From positions 44,950,001 to 45,014,000 of the forward strand of contig OX597824.1 in the NCBI GenBank assembly GCA_951406725.2: a stretch of DNA of 64,000 nt, in the 5' to 3' direction. The notes beneath the pieces were generated by a model. That model searched no databases. It worked only from the letters and a program-made list of their open reading frames with translations, and was not told where the DNA came from. The translations under genes and the position numbers were made by a program. Below are positions 27,206 through 39,698 of this stretch, piece after piece (position 1 is the first letter of the stretch; each line of letters opens with the position of its first letter). Source of the stretch: Octopus vulgaris. Its lineage: Eukaryota.

Positions 27206-28640
27206 GCAGGTAGTTCTTTTTTCAATTTCAGTCTCAGTGCACTGGTCTCTTCACCTTTCATGGCTTGTAGGAGTTGGAAGTACTTTAGGTCCAAACCTTT
27301 TAGTATATATATGTTTTATGGAAAAGGATCTAATTTTTGATTGGTTATATATATATATATAGGAGAATTTGTTTTGGGGTTTAAAAATGCACCTGAATCT
27401 AAAAAACGTGTAGTCATTTTTAAATAGATTTATTTACATGCTAAACTAGTTTTGAACATTTTTTGCTTATCAATGGGTACAAATATAGATATAAAAAAAG
27501 GGTTTAGGAGGGTTTACAAAAGAATTTACAAAGAGAGTTTACAAAAAAAAATTGGGGTTTAGGAAAGTGAGAAGGTAAAAATTGAACAAACATTTAAAAA
27601 TCATCAAATGTTCAAATGTTCACTGAAATTTCAATGAGTTTCACAAGGATAGATAATAATCTCAATGTAAATGTTCAGCAAGAATCATAACAAATGTACA
27701 TTATTGAAAGTTCAGTCATACCGACTTTTTATAAAACAAGTGGAGAAGGGAGAGAAAAAAAAGTGGAGAGAAAGGAAAACAAAGTTCTTTTTCTTTTTAC
27801 AATTTCTGTCATGATGCAGGTAGCTCTTTTTCCAATTTCAATCTCAGTGCACTGGTTTTTTCACCTTTCATGGCTTGTAGGAGTTGAAAGTATTTTGGGT
27901 CCAAACCTTTTAGTATATATATGTTTTTACAGAAAAAGAATCTAATTTTTGATGATATCCTTTTTCTTGTAGATGTTTCGGTTAAAATATTTTTTTTTTG
28001 GTAAAGTTTAGTGTTTTGGTTGGCTTCCTGGTGATGAACATGATCAAGGAACAAGTTCTGATTGGGTGTAGGTTTTGTAATGTCACTTTATTATGATCAG
28101 AAATATTTTCCATTCTGGACAAAATATTTTTGTTGTGGTAAAACTCAGCATTCTGCTTGGTTGACTTCCTGGTTGAGACTTGGTAATTTGTTTTTGGCTG
28201 ATGGTCATCTAGCATTCTAGTTGGTTGGTTTCCTTAAGAAATCATTTGTTTTTTCTGATAGTCTGGTTCTGAACAGAGAAAAAATTTCATTGGTTTTGTT
28301 TGAGATGTTAGGAACTGGTGTTTGAGAAGATATATGGTGTTATTGTATAGTAATTTGGAGTTGGGGTTTTGAATCCCTGGGGAGCTGTTACTTAAAATTT
28401 TCAAATTATATTTGTTGTCTCAGAATGTTTTCCATGGAAAAATTGTGTTTTCTTTTTCTGGTATGTTATAATAGGATATTTAGTTACAGTTTCTTTTTTT
28501 AATGACCATGCTTTCCTTATTCAATTGGAATTAGGTTGAAGTGTTTCTGGTGCATTGATAGAGAGGGAAAATTTTGGTATTTAAGATTTATGTCTGCAGG
28601 GCATTGATCTAAGTTTTTGCTTACGAGAATTTTTCATATA
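27206..28640 (-). mobile_element. Unclassified retroelement relic with partial tandem duplication, possibly Penelope-like
   Basis: ~136-bp direct repeat at 27206-27341 and 27816-27953. Decayed hammerhead-like string on the minus strand at 27441-27477 (ttgataa gc..gttc aaaa ctag tt). Confidence 0.4.
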
Positions 28641-28689
28641 TATATATGTATCTTGATCTTTCAAAACACACTTCAGTATGTTCCAGTTG

Positions 28690-29700
28690 AATACAGGCAA
28701 CCTGCTTTGATCCTACCAACTACTGACTTATAGTTCTCTTTTTGAACATTTCAAAAGCAATGGAAATAGTATTAGCCACCTTCTCCAAGACCTTGAACCT
28801 TTATCCTTCTTTAATAACCACCAGTATGGGTTCCATAAAGCCAAATCTAGAGAACTACTCCTAAATGGTACTTATCACTGCATCCTCTGATGAAATTTGA
28901 GAAACTTAGTGAAAGCAGTGTTGGTGCTCTGATGTCAGCAACGCATTTCACTATATCAGACATTCAAACATCCTAACAATATTTGCCTGCCTATGAGCTC
29001 CAGCCATCTCCCATCTCTTGGATTATAGGTTTCCTGCCAGATCAAACCTTTGCAGCATATGTAGAATGTGCCCTCTGTGACCCAAACGCTATCAACTATG
29101 GTGAGATCAAAAGTTTACCCTTATATATCAAGGACTTTTTTGCAAGGACTTTTTATCAAGGACCAGTTACATTAAGAAATGAAAACTATACTTACAGCCA
29201 TCCTTTTAAATAATTCAATAATATAAGAAAAGAAAAGAATATCTGTCTATATACCAAGGACTTTCTTGCCATCTCATCCACCAGCACCCCCTCCCATGTA
29301 GATGATACCAACTTTTATTCTTCCCTAGCTTTCTACACGCATGCATCATCCAAATGTAATGTATGCACCCCTTGCAAATCTGCATGTCTCTATCTACAGC
29401 AAGCTCAAAACTCTTCAATAATAGTACAAAGACAGTCACTACTATACATATCAAGTAAACATCATAATACGATCCCTTAAAAATGAACAGTATAGGCTAG
29501 GAACTTCAATGACACTATAAATGCTGAGGATCTCTTCTTGCAAATGGACATCCTCAACAGTGCAATTACTGAATCACAAAGATTGGCCTTCTTCTTCAGA
29601 GTCATAAAATACTTCAACCTCACAACAGCCCCTAACCCATTACAAGCTCTCAAGTGAGACCAACAATAGAATATTACTCTCATATTTAGGAAGTGGCTTC
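28690..29700 (+). mobile_element. Decayed CR1/Jockey-like LINE reverse transcriptase relic
   Basis: HQYGFHKAKS (~28820), DVSNAF (~28930) and QVRPTIEYYSHI (~29650) match non-LTR RT motifs. Many stops. Confidence 0.6.
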
Positions 29701-30324
29701 AGAATATAAATGGATGAAACTAAATATCACAAAGTATTTCATCTACTGACTACAATTCAGCCAGTTTGTTTGATGGGTATGCAGCACAATACACACCTTA
29801 AACTTATGCCTTTCCAAACCATAAAGTTTTGATTATATTATCTTAGGTAGAGACAATATAAAGTACTTAGTGAACAGAACCTCCATTTTCTTTGTAGACT
29901 GCTTTTCAATACTGTAAACCAGCATAATACTTATTAATTTCATAGTGCCCCACTATTTTCAATAGTAAATTATACAACCTAACAATATGAATCAAAGAAG
30001 CTACATCTTCATGGTCATTCAACCTGTTAGATATATCTTTAAATCACACTCTATAAACTTAAAAATGGAAGAACACAACATAATGTAGTTCCAGATACCT
30101 TGTCTGAGGGGAAAAAAGCAAAAAGAGATGACTTGGTTATCATAGGTTTTTGCTCATCTCAGCTCAGTGCTTAACATCTCAGCTAGGGCTTAACAACTGC
30201 AGAAGAGTATTCATTTTTATCATTGGTATAACACTGTACCAATGATAGGTTATAAACTGTCAACCACTTAGCTAATTCCCTACTGGCTTTAACATTTACA
30301 GCTTTCAACACTTGCTTAACATAC

Positions 30325-30380
30325 CCTGAATATACATCTCTATAGTTGTCTGAGGTTAATTTATTATATGGTTGTGGCAT
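30325..30380 (-). other. Candidate 56-bp host coding exon (MPQPYNKLTSDNYRDVYSG)
   Basis: Minus strand reads ttatttacag|ATG...TCAGG|gtatgt. Only one frame is open. The protein is not recognised. Confidence 0.2.
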
Positions 30381-32084
30381 CTGTAAATAACATCTGAATG
30401 AAAGAACAATGGCTTACTGAATATTTAACATGGATGCAGGAAGAAATATTGCTTTAACAAGGAGTAGCTTCTGGCAGTTTTTACCAGTTACATTAAGAAA
30501 TGAAAACTATACTTATAGCCATCCTTTTAAATAATTCAATAATATAAGAAGAAAAGAAAAGAATATCTGTCTTTCTTTCATGCATACATATTCACACCTA
30601 AAAATACATAGTGAAGTCTGAAAACATGTGCATTTATGTATGTATGTATGTATGTTCGTGTGTATGTATGTATGCATGCATGCATGTATGTATATGTGTG
30701 TATGTATGTACATGTACATGTATGTGTGTGTATGTATGTACATGTACATGTATGTGTGATACGTACATATTGTGTGATATGTACATGATTTTTTACATAT
30801 GTAAGAATTCAAATTTTGTTTTTTTATTGCTTTGGAATAAAGTCATGAGGATTATTCAATAATATTGTGGAATTCATACCTTTCTCTTGGCCATTAACAA
30901 CAGCAACAACATACATTATGCAATTCGGACAATTAAAACTGGTTGGCAGACTTGTCCTGCTAAGAATACATGTCACTAAAGTGTTTTCTACAAGAGGTGT
31001 GTATTGTACTCATACACACACACTAACATTTGCACCAGAATACTAACAAATATTCATTGAGCCAAAATATGCAAATGAGCATTAAAAACATCCTTAGGTC
31101 TGAAGATCTATGCAATTATAGTACACATATTCCACACTCTTTAAGAATGACGATGTCTAGAGATAAGTAGGCACTCAAGTATGTATTTACATATGTATGT
31201 GTGAATGTGAGAGCATATATGAGTATGTGCATATGTATATGTGTCCATGTGTGTAAATGCATATGTGATGTTTGTGTGTGTGTGTATACACACACACACA
31301 CTTTCATACATACCACATACATTCATACACACACATACACATATACATATATATATACAACATACACTGCATCAACCTTCCCGAGTACTAACCATCATTC
31401 TCTCTTTCTTTCCTTTTTGCCCCTTCATTAACACTTACCACTCTCATTTTACACTCTTCTACTTTAAGAGCAACAACTGCAGTGCCAAGAATCTTAATCC
31501 CCCATTTCTTGTGTCTGAGCCAATAAAATCATTGTAGTTAAGTGGTCTTTGCCCTCTATTATAACTTCTGGTACAGGTTCTTTTACTGTGACAGAGAAAG
31601 AAACCAAAAGTATGTAGAGGTGGCTATAGTGATTGGGAGACAGAACTGGGGAAGCCATTGATGGCAGATATGAGGGAGTGTTGAGAACAATAGCAGATGC
31701 AAGATGGTGTTTAAAATAAAGTATGGCAGTCCTGAAGTGTAACTCAGAGGGGAGGGAGAGATAACTGGAGGCACAGAAATGGAGGTGATCACTTGAAAAA
31801 AAAAAATGAGAAGGGATGATAATGAGAATGAGGGATGGATGATGAAAGGAAGTTGTTCCAAAGTGAGGTGGTGGTAACCAGTAGGACAAAAGTAGATGAA
31901 ATATGTGTCAATTCTTTTCACATATAACTGCAGCAACTCTATAGTACAGTAGTTAGAAGAGTGATGGAGGGATCGATATTAGGAAAATGAGAGGTGGGTA
32001 AGGCTCGACAGGGACAGATTAGGTGCAGGGGTAGGGCCCAGTGAATATACAGACATAAACATAATGCTTTTAAGACCTCACTTT

Positions 32085-32345
32085 CACCATAATGAATAGG
32101 CTTCTTGAGCACAACAAATAGCCAGTCATATTGACCCTTTATTATCTCAACAGTGAGGTTCAACATCTTGAGATCAGCCTGCACTAGTCCATCCCATGTC
32201 TTCCTGGGTGTCTCTCTTCCATAAGTTTCATCCACATTCAGCAAACAGTACTTCTTTATAGAGCTGTCGTCATTCATATGCATCACATGACCATACCAGT
32301 GAAGTCTATCCTTCTGCACATATTTACACTTTGTTGCACAACTGT
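32085..32345 (-). mobile_element. RTE LINE ORF C-terminal fragment
   Basis: DRLHWYGHVMHM..GRETPRKTWDGLVQADLKML in ORF 31939-32376. Confidence 0.8.
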
Positions 32346-32391
32346 CCATATTGGGTTTATTCCTTTCTTTATGCATGCATACATATATGTG

Positions 32392-32597
32392 CAGGTATGG
32401 CTGTGAAGTTAAGAAGCTTGCTTCCTAACAATGTTATTTTGAGTTTTGTCCCACTGTACAGCAGCTTGGGCAAGTACCCATGGTGACCAAAGATTTAAGT
32501 GCGAATTTAGAAGATGGAAACAAAGAAGTCCCAGATCCTGGTGTTGTCAGTTCCTGTCAAGCCATCCAACCCATGTTAAATGGATGTTAAATGTTGA

Positions 32598-32600
<3 letters not shown>
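32392..32600 (+). mobile_element. Family B SINE remnant followed by an RTE-tail fragment
   Basis: ggctgtgaagttaagaagcttgcttcc..cttgggcaagt, then gtcaagccatccaacccatg..gttaaatgttgatga. Confidence 0.6.
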
Positions 32601-32639
<39 letters not shown>

Positions 32640-32904
32640 TAACATGGAAGGCGGATGTTAAATGATGATGATGATAATGATGATATACATATACATATAT
32701 AGATATATATATATATCTAAGTTTATTTCATCATTGTATTTACTGTGGTGATGTTTTAACCATATTGCACGAGGAGTTATAAGGCGGGAAATTTTAACTG
32801 GTCGTGTTGCATACGTGCATATATATGTATGTATACGTTCGTACATGTAAGTATTCATATGTTATATGTATATATATGTGTATTTATGTTACTGTCTGTG
32901 TATA

Positions 32905-32960
32905 TTCCACTGAAGAGGCAAAGTATTTCTTATGCCAAGTCAGAAACCCGGGATCTGGAA
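32905..32960 (+). ncRNA. Type I hammerhead ribozyme-like motif (imperfect)
   Basis: ttcca CTGAAGA ggca..tgcc aagtca GAAA cccggg a TC tggaa. Stem I is ttcca/tggaa, stem III is palindromic, with extra nucleotides relative to the consensus. Confidence 0.55.
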
Positions 32961-33250
32961 TTATACAGTAATTTTTGCTAGTTTATTTTGTCTTTTTGTC
33001 TTCTCTCCTGGTGCTGTATGAACATTTAATGTGGTTTTAGAGTCAGGTTCTGGCTGCTATTTTCAGCATGGTGGTATCTCTTAGATACCCTAAATAATAA
33101 TTTTAATATATATCTATATATATAAAAAGAAAAACATATACAGACAGCACTACATTCACACAAAAACATATGTACATGGTAGTGTTTCCTCCCGTTCTCT
33201 CTCTTTCTCTCCCCAAATCATTTACTCTCTCTATCATGCCACCAGATATC

Positions 33251-33309
<59 letters not shown>

Positions 33310-33330
33310 ACATACACAAACACACACATA

Positions 33331-33373
<43 letters not shown>

Positions 33374-33557
33374 ATATATAAATAGAAAATCAAAGAATAG
33401 GGAAATAAAGAAAGCTTCTAACAATGCAGACATTTTTACAAAAAGACCTTTATATTTTGAGCTCAAAAAATTTCTGCATTGTTAGAAGCTTATTTCATTT
33501 CCCTTTTCTTTCATTTTCTACTTCTGTACTACAATGCTTCAAGCAAACTACAAAGCT

Positions 33558-33595
<38 letters not shown>

Positions 33596-33639
33596 ATCAT
33601 CTGACACAAGATCTCCTCCTCCAATGCCCCTTCCCCTCT

Positions 33640-34155
33640 CAAAATTCCTTGTCTTGCAAGTTACATGGTGATCCTGCTGGTGCTACTGCCCACGTAAAAA
33701 TCCACACTGTAACAGGGTTGACATTTGGAAGGACATCCAGCTGTAAAAACCATGCCAAAACTGACCTTGCCTGTGCTGGTACCATGTAAAAAGCATTCAG
33801 TCCACTCTGCAGAGTGGTTGATGTTAGGAAGGGCACCTAACTGTAAAAACCCTGCCAAAACTGACCTTGCCTGTACTGGTGCCATGTAAAGAACACTCAG
33901 TCCACTCTATGGAATATTTGGTGTTAGGAAGGGCACCCTGCTGTAAAAACTATGGCAAAACTGACCTCACCTGTGCTGGTGCCACATGAAAAGCACTCAG
34001 TCCACTCTGCAGAGTGGTTGGTGTTAGGGAGGTAAAAACCCTGCCAAAACAGACACAGTAGCCTGAAGTAGTCTTCTAGCTGGCTGGCTACTGTCAAACC
34101 GTCCAACCCATGCCTGCATGGAAGGCAGACATTAAATGATGATGATGATGATGAT
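33640..34155 (+). mobile_element. RTE-type 3' tail with ~100-bp internal tandem amplification
   Basis: Units at 33674-33770, 33771-33870, 33871-33970 and a partial at 33971-34050. Ends ccgtccaacccatgcc..taaa(tga)n. Confidence 0.8.
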
Positions 34156-34679
34156 ATATTGTTTAATAATAGCTTGACCCAGCTCCATGCAACTCAATAT
34201 TTTGTAGGCTCATAGAACTAACCTAATTCATCAGGCACCTGGAGATTAAATAACAGGAAGAAGCTAATTCAAGATGGCTTTAGCTGTTAGGCTGCTATTG
34301 GTCTATTCAGGCCACATGGTGTTATTGGTCTGAAAGTGATGTCAAATCTTATCTTTGCTCTTAGGCCCACGTGATTGGACAGGATGATGGTGGGTAACTG
34401 TCACCGCTATATCTGAAGATTGTGGTATGGTTTATTTAGCAACATCAGTTTGTTGCATTTGTTGCTGCATATGACAGAGTTGGGTGTTGTGGTAGGTTAG
34501 TGGAGAACTAAGACCATTGTGGAGACAGCTTTTCTATGATTTGTTAGTGCTAGGTTAGATCGTCAGCTTCTTATAGAAGTAACAGGGGAGTCAAATAACA
34601 TGCCCTTGAGTATGGGGCAGGCAAGCGTAAGTAATTAATACATGTAACTCTTACTAACTCTTCTTTCACTTGTCCACTC

Positions 34680-34741
<62 letters not shown>

Positions 34742-34835
34742 ATTTCATTGGTAAAGCATAAATCTGAAAAAGAAGCACACTAAGTTATAGAGCAATACAC
34801 AATATAAATATAAAGTTAGATGAGGCCAGTTTATA

Positions 34836-34894
34836 GGATTACCCTGGGTTTCATGTCCATAAAGCATTTAGCTTTACAGCGTATCATCGGATCC
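34836..34894 (-). ncRNA. Type I hammerhead motif with mutated core
   Basis: Minus strand: ggat CCGATGA ..ttatggacat GAAA cccagg GTA atcc. The core has C in place of U4. Confidence 0.55.
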
Positions 34895-35498
34895 AAAAAT
34901 CTGTTGGCCTCTCTAGTGAGTAGTCTCTCTAGAATCTAGAGGAGGAAAGGGGATTGTCTCACTTTGGCTATCAATCGCCAGTGACCCTGTTATCCTGTGG
35001 GTTCCAATAGAGCAGCAGGAATTTCCTTAAATGCAAGCACAGTCCAAAGACCTCTGTTCTGGAGTTAAGAATGTTCCCTAGGTCGAGGGAGTCCTTTAGA
35101 ATCCTCACCCATTCTACTACATATAGTTTACAGTGCTGGTCCTGTTTATGTAGGGGCCTGGATTTTCTAGGATTCTTCATGATATTGTGTATGGAATCCC
35201 ATTGTCTTTCAGTTGCCATACATGGCTGGCTAATGACATAACATATTACTTTTCCAGTATCCTGAAGGAAGATATTGGTTGGAGAGGCATTGTTTGAACA
35301 TGTTCTTGGTGCTGTTTCTGTTGGTGTTGCCATTGCTGCTACCACTGTTGTTAGTACTGCTATTTTTGGTACTGGTACTGTTGGTGCTGTCTCTGCCAGT
35401 GTTGGTAATGGTGCTGTTGTTGTTGTTGTTATGGTCATCAGTCATTGATGGAGATACTGTCACCACTTGCTAGAGAGGCCTTAAGCCAATGAGTTTTG

Positions 35499-35557
35499 AG
35501 ATCTGATGATACACCATAATGTTACATGCTTTATGGATGTGAAACCCAGGGTAATCC
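35499..35557 (+). ncRNA. Type I hammerhead ribozyme motif
   Basis: gat CTGATGA t acaccataa..ttatggatgt GAAA cccagg GTA atc. Stem I gat/atc; stem II acaccataa/ttatgg(a)tgt; predicted cleavage after 35553. Confidence 0.7.
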
Positions 35558-35579
35558 TATAAACTGGCCTTAGCTAACT

Positions 35580-35697
<118 letters not shown>

Positions 35698-36446
35698 ATA
35701 CACATATATACACAAATATCACATAATATATAACAAAAATACATATATATATATGTAATAGAAATGCAATCACTTAATCACTACGTATAAAATTTAATAC
35801 CACTAACGAGCATACTGTCTTTAAGACAGCATATTAATGCAAGAATACATGCATACATACATACATACATGCATACATACAAACATACCTACATACATAC
35901 ATACATACATTATTATTATTATTATGGCTGCCCCCTCGTTATCGAGTATGGCCATTGCACGAAGCTTAACTGTTACTGGTGCTGTGATCGAATGTGACTT
36001 TTTAGCCCAGCTAAAGATCTACAATGTCTGGTACAAAATTGGCAACTAAAACCTTTACTGGTAATAGCCGGCTGTAGTTGTAACTGGGCTTTATGTACCT
36101 TTGCATGTCGTTTAAGTCCTCCTACCGAATTACACTCTCTTCCACAAGCTCGACAGATATGATTAGTATGGTGTGTTACACCATCACCAATGATACCTTA
36201 CAGTATGAGTTTAATTCATTTCATGACTGAACTTGTCTTATAATTTACTCATTTTACAAATTAATTTTCCCCATTGAAATTAACTGAAAAAAAAACTAAT
36301 CTGTTCCAGCCCCCAAAAACCACTCAAAAATAATTTTAAAACAGAATAAGATGGAATGAGAGCCCCTTATTCTTTTACTCCCTTCCTCTATGTTGTCATC
36401 TTATTGATATATACCATTGTCATTGTTCATATTTTTTCCCCAATTT

Positions 36447-36502
36447 GTCTCTGATGATGGAATATCCCATACTCGGGGATATCCCAGAAACAGCTGTAAG
36501 AT
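36447..36502 (+). ncRNA. Minimal type I hammerhead ribozyme motif (same family as 38335 and 38438)
   Basis: gtct CTGATGA tggaatatccc-atactcg-gggatatccca GAAA cagctg TA agat. 11-bp stem II with one mismatch and palindromic stem III CAGCTG. Lies within a copy (36425-36570) of the 38.4-kb arm. Confidence 0.75.
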
Positions 36503-36574
36503 TTTGAATTTCTTCCTATAATAATATTGTATATGACTTGAGATGTTTGCCTTGCCTTAATGTTTGACGTCATG

Positions 36575-36617
<43 letters not shown>

Positions 36618-37940
36618 TATGTATGTATGTATGCATATATAATCTAGGGATATCAAGTTCAAAAGAAGCTATGTCCAGTCCCTTAGAATAAAGAAATAAA
36701 GATAAGTTTGAGAGGGAATAAAAATTTACTATGTGTGTGTGTGTATGTGTGTGTGTGTGTCTCTGTGTGTATGTCTGTGTTGTATACAAATGCACACACA
36801 CTTAAAAACTGGACTTTCTATTTGACCCCACTCTTACCAGTGCTACTGCTTTATCTACTTGACACTACTCTTAATCACAGACAACTGCCCTCACCAGTTT
36901 TAGACAAGAGGTTCCATATAAGAACAGGTATGTTTTATTCCCAAACTTGGTTTATTTTTCATTTTTCTCTTTGTTTTGTATATTTTGTTTCTTTCTTGTT
37001 CTCAGTTCTTTTCCCTCTCTCTCCCTCTCTATCTCCTTATTTCTTTCCTTTTCTCTATTTTACTGTTACCTTTTAAACCCTTATATTCTATTTTTCTCAG
37101 TTATTCTCTTTTGTGTATTTCTTACTCTCTACTTCTCTCTTTCTATTTCTTTCAACTCTTCTAGCTTTTCCTTTCTTTCTCTTCCTCTCATCTCTCTTGT
37201 TTTGCATTTTCATTCCCTTTCACCCTTACTCCACCAGCTGCCAGGCTTTTACTTTCTTTACCTCCTCTTCTTCCTTCTTTTTATCTTATTCTCACTCTCC
37301 CTTTCTCTTTTAATTTTCTTTTTCTTTCTAATCTTTGACATTTTTATGTTAATATTACAATGAGTGGCTTTCTTTCCTTGTTTCACTACTTTCACCTGCA
37401 TTGCTACCTTTAACACTTGTCACATAACCTGTACATACACAAACAAAAACTATTTTATTATAGACAAAGCCATTCTCTCCCTCCCTCCAAACACACAGAG
37501 AACAAGGTAACCACTTACATACAGCCTGCACACAGTTATATTAACAAGCACACAGTTATATTAACAAGCACACAGATTAACACAAAATATACTTATTTTA
37601 ATCCATATCTACATATACATGCAATGTTATATGCATGCATACGCACATGATTACACATAGACACACACATTCTTTATATATTCTCATTTCACTTTAGCTA
37701 GAGTAGTTTGGTAACTGTCTGCTACAAACTCACACATAAACATATACATAAGTGCCTGCCATTACGCACACATATTCATATAAATGACCTTTTTCAACTA
37801 CATGATATCTTAAGGTTAATATATGGCTTTTAGGAGAAAATTGTTGTTCATCCTGCCCCATTGACAACAACCAAAGGAAAAAAAAAGAATCAATGTGCAT
37901 ATTCATGTACGCATGTAAATACTTGAATAAACACAAGTTA

Positions 37941-37973
<33 letters not shown>

Positions 37974-38334
37974 CAGCTGAAATTGCAAGGATGATCCGGT
38001 TCGTGACTGAGGATAGAAAGCTTAGAATGACCCATCCTTGTTTTTTTGTATCGTCTATGTGGATGTTTTGTTGTCCCTTTTTGTATCACCTAGTTAGTTG
38101 TCCAGATGTTTTGCGTTCTTGTCCCATTTTGTATTACACACACACACACACACATACAACATATATACAAACAGATATATGTGCTCACATTTACATGCAC
38201 TAATGCAAGAATATATATCCACACAAACATACATACATACATACATACATATAATTGTTAAAGAGGAAAACAAACATTAAGGCAAGGCAAACATCTCAAG
38301 TCATATACAATATTATTATTGGAAAAAATTCAAA

Positions 38335-38390
38335 GTCTTACAGCTGTTTCTGGGATATACCCATATATGGAATATTCCATCATCAGAGAC
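38335..38390 (-). ncRNA. Minimal type I hammerhead ribozyme motif
   Basis: Minus strand: gtct CTGATGA tggaatattcc..gggtatatccca GAAA cagctg TA agac. Stem I is gtct/agac. Confidence 0.75.
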
Positions 38391-38437
38391 AAATAGGGAA
38401 AATAGGGAAAATGAGAATGGTATATTTTTCCCTTTTT

Positions 38438-38493
38438 GTCTCTGATGACAGAATATCCCATGCTTGGGGATATCCCAGAAACAGGTGTAAGAC
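38438..38493 (+). ncRNA. Minimal type I hammerhead ribozyme motif
   Basis: gtct CTGATGA cagaatatccc..gggatatccca GAAA caggtg TA agac. The base of stem II and the stem III loop are mutated. Confidence 0.65.
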
Positions 38494-38671
38494 TTTGAAT
38501 TTTTACCAATAATAATATTGTATATGACTTAAGATGTTTGCCTTGCCTTAATGTTTGTTGTCCTCTTTAACAATTATATATCTGCTGCATCAGAAAGGTA
38601 CCATGCCTGTATCCTGAAAATAGATGTCAAATATGTCCAACCACTGCAGATATTCACTCTACATATATGTT

Positions 38672-38699
<28 letters not shown>

Positions 38700-38707
<8 letters not shown>

Positions 38708-39698
38708 AAACTGTAGTTGTGTGAGTGTCTGTCCCCTTCTATTTAGATTCCTAACTACTCCCACATTTTGCAGTGCAGTTTAACCAAATTCGGGTATCTT
38801 ATAGTCGTGATTCATATCGAGCCCGTCTGGCTACTAGCGTGCGTCTACGATGAGTCTACGATTTTAAAAATAATTTAACATCATTTTTTATTCCATTTTA
38901 ATGCATATTTTTTCATGTGTCGTTGGCGTCCACGCTCACACCTGCACCTGTTTGCTTCTCCCCCTTCTTCCCTCCCTCGTGAAGCTGTGGGGAAGGGTAT
39001 GTAAGGAAATCAACGTCGTAATGCGTTGTTAAGGAGACCAGCGTTCTTTTAGAACAACGACTTCATGGCTTGAAGTCGCCAAAACAGAAATCGCTAAAAA
39101 AGCTGAAACAGATCCACAAAAATGGCAAAAATCTCCACACAGGGCAGGTTTCCTGTGCAAACAATTTGCACAACCGAATGTTTTAGTTGTTGCACAAATC
39201 TTTATATATAAAAGTAAGGTTGTGTGTCTGTCTCCTACGATTTAGATTCCTAACTACTCCCACATTTTGCGATGCAGTTTAACCAAAACCGGGTATCTTA
39301 TAGTCGTGATTCATATCGAGCCCTTCTGGGTATTAGCGCGCGTCTACGATGAGTCTACGATTTAAAAAAAAATTACCATCATTTTTTATTCCATTTTAAT
39401 GCATTTTTCGCTATTATTATAAGGAAGTAACTCTCTAAAAATGTCTACGATGAGTCAACGATTAAAAAAAAAAATTACCATCATTTTTTATTCCATTTTA
39501 ATGCATTTTTCGCTATTATATAAGGGAAGTAACTCTCTAAAAATGTCTACGATGAGTCAACGATTTAAAAAAAAATTACCATAACTTTTTATTCCATTTT
39601 TAATGCATTTTTTGCTATTTTTTTTGCTATAACTCACTAAAAATGCTTATATAGTTATTTCCCTTACAAACCCGAGCAACGCCGGGCGATACTGCTAG
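38700..39698 (+). mobile_element. Composite non-autonomous Helitron: a 5' head with unrelated segment (38700-39198) plus a complete copy (39199-39698)
   Basis: 38700-38910 duplicates 39199-39405 (atttagattcctaactactcccacattttgc..atagtcgtgattcatatcgagccc). A|TC start at 39199, three ~100-bp internal tandem units, and 3' hairpin cccgagcaacgccggg plus CTAG|T at 39695-39699. Confidence 0.88.

Larger units (their letters stand above)
38249..38579. repeat. ~330-bp near-perfect palindrome (arms ~150 bp) made of two inverted hammerhead-bearing units
   Basis: atataattgttaaagagga.aacaaacattaaggcaaggcaaacatct.aagtcatatacaatattatta.. is mirrored by ..taataatattgtatatgactt.agatgtttgccttgccttaatgtttgtt.tcctctttaacaattatat. 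Confidence 0.92.

Noticed and set aside
36708-37363. Phe/Leu/Ser-rich ORFs (also 6502-7274 and 55262-55525)
   Set aside because: These are CT-rich low-complexity tracts with no coding signal.
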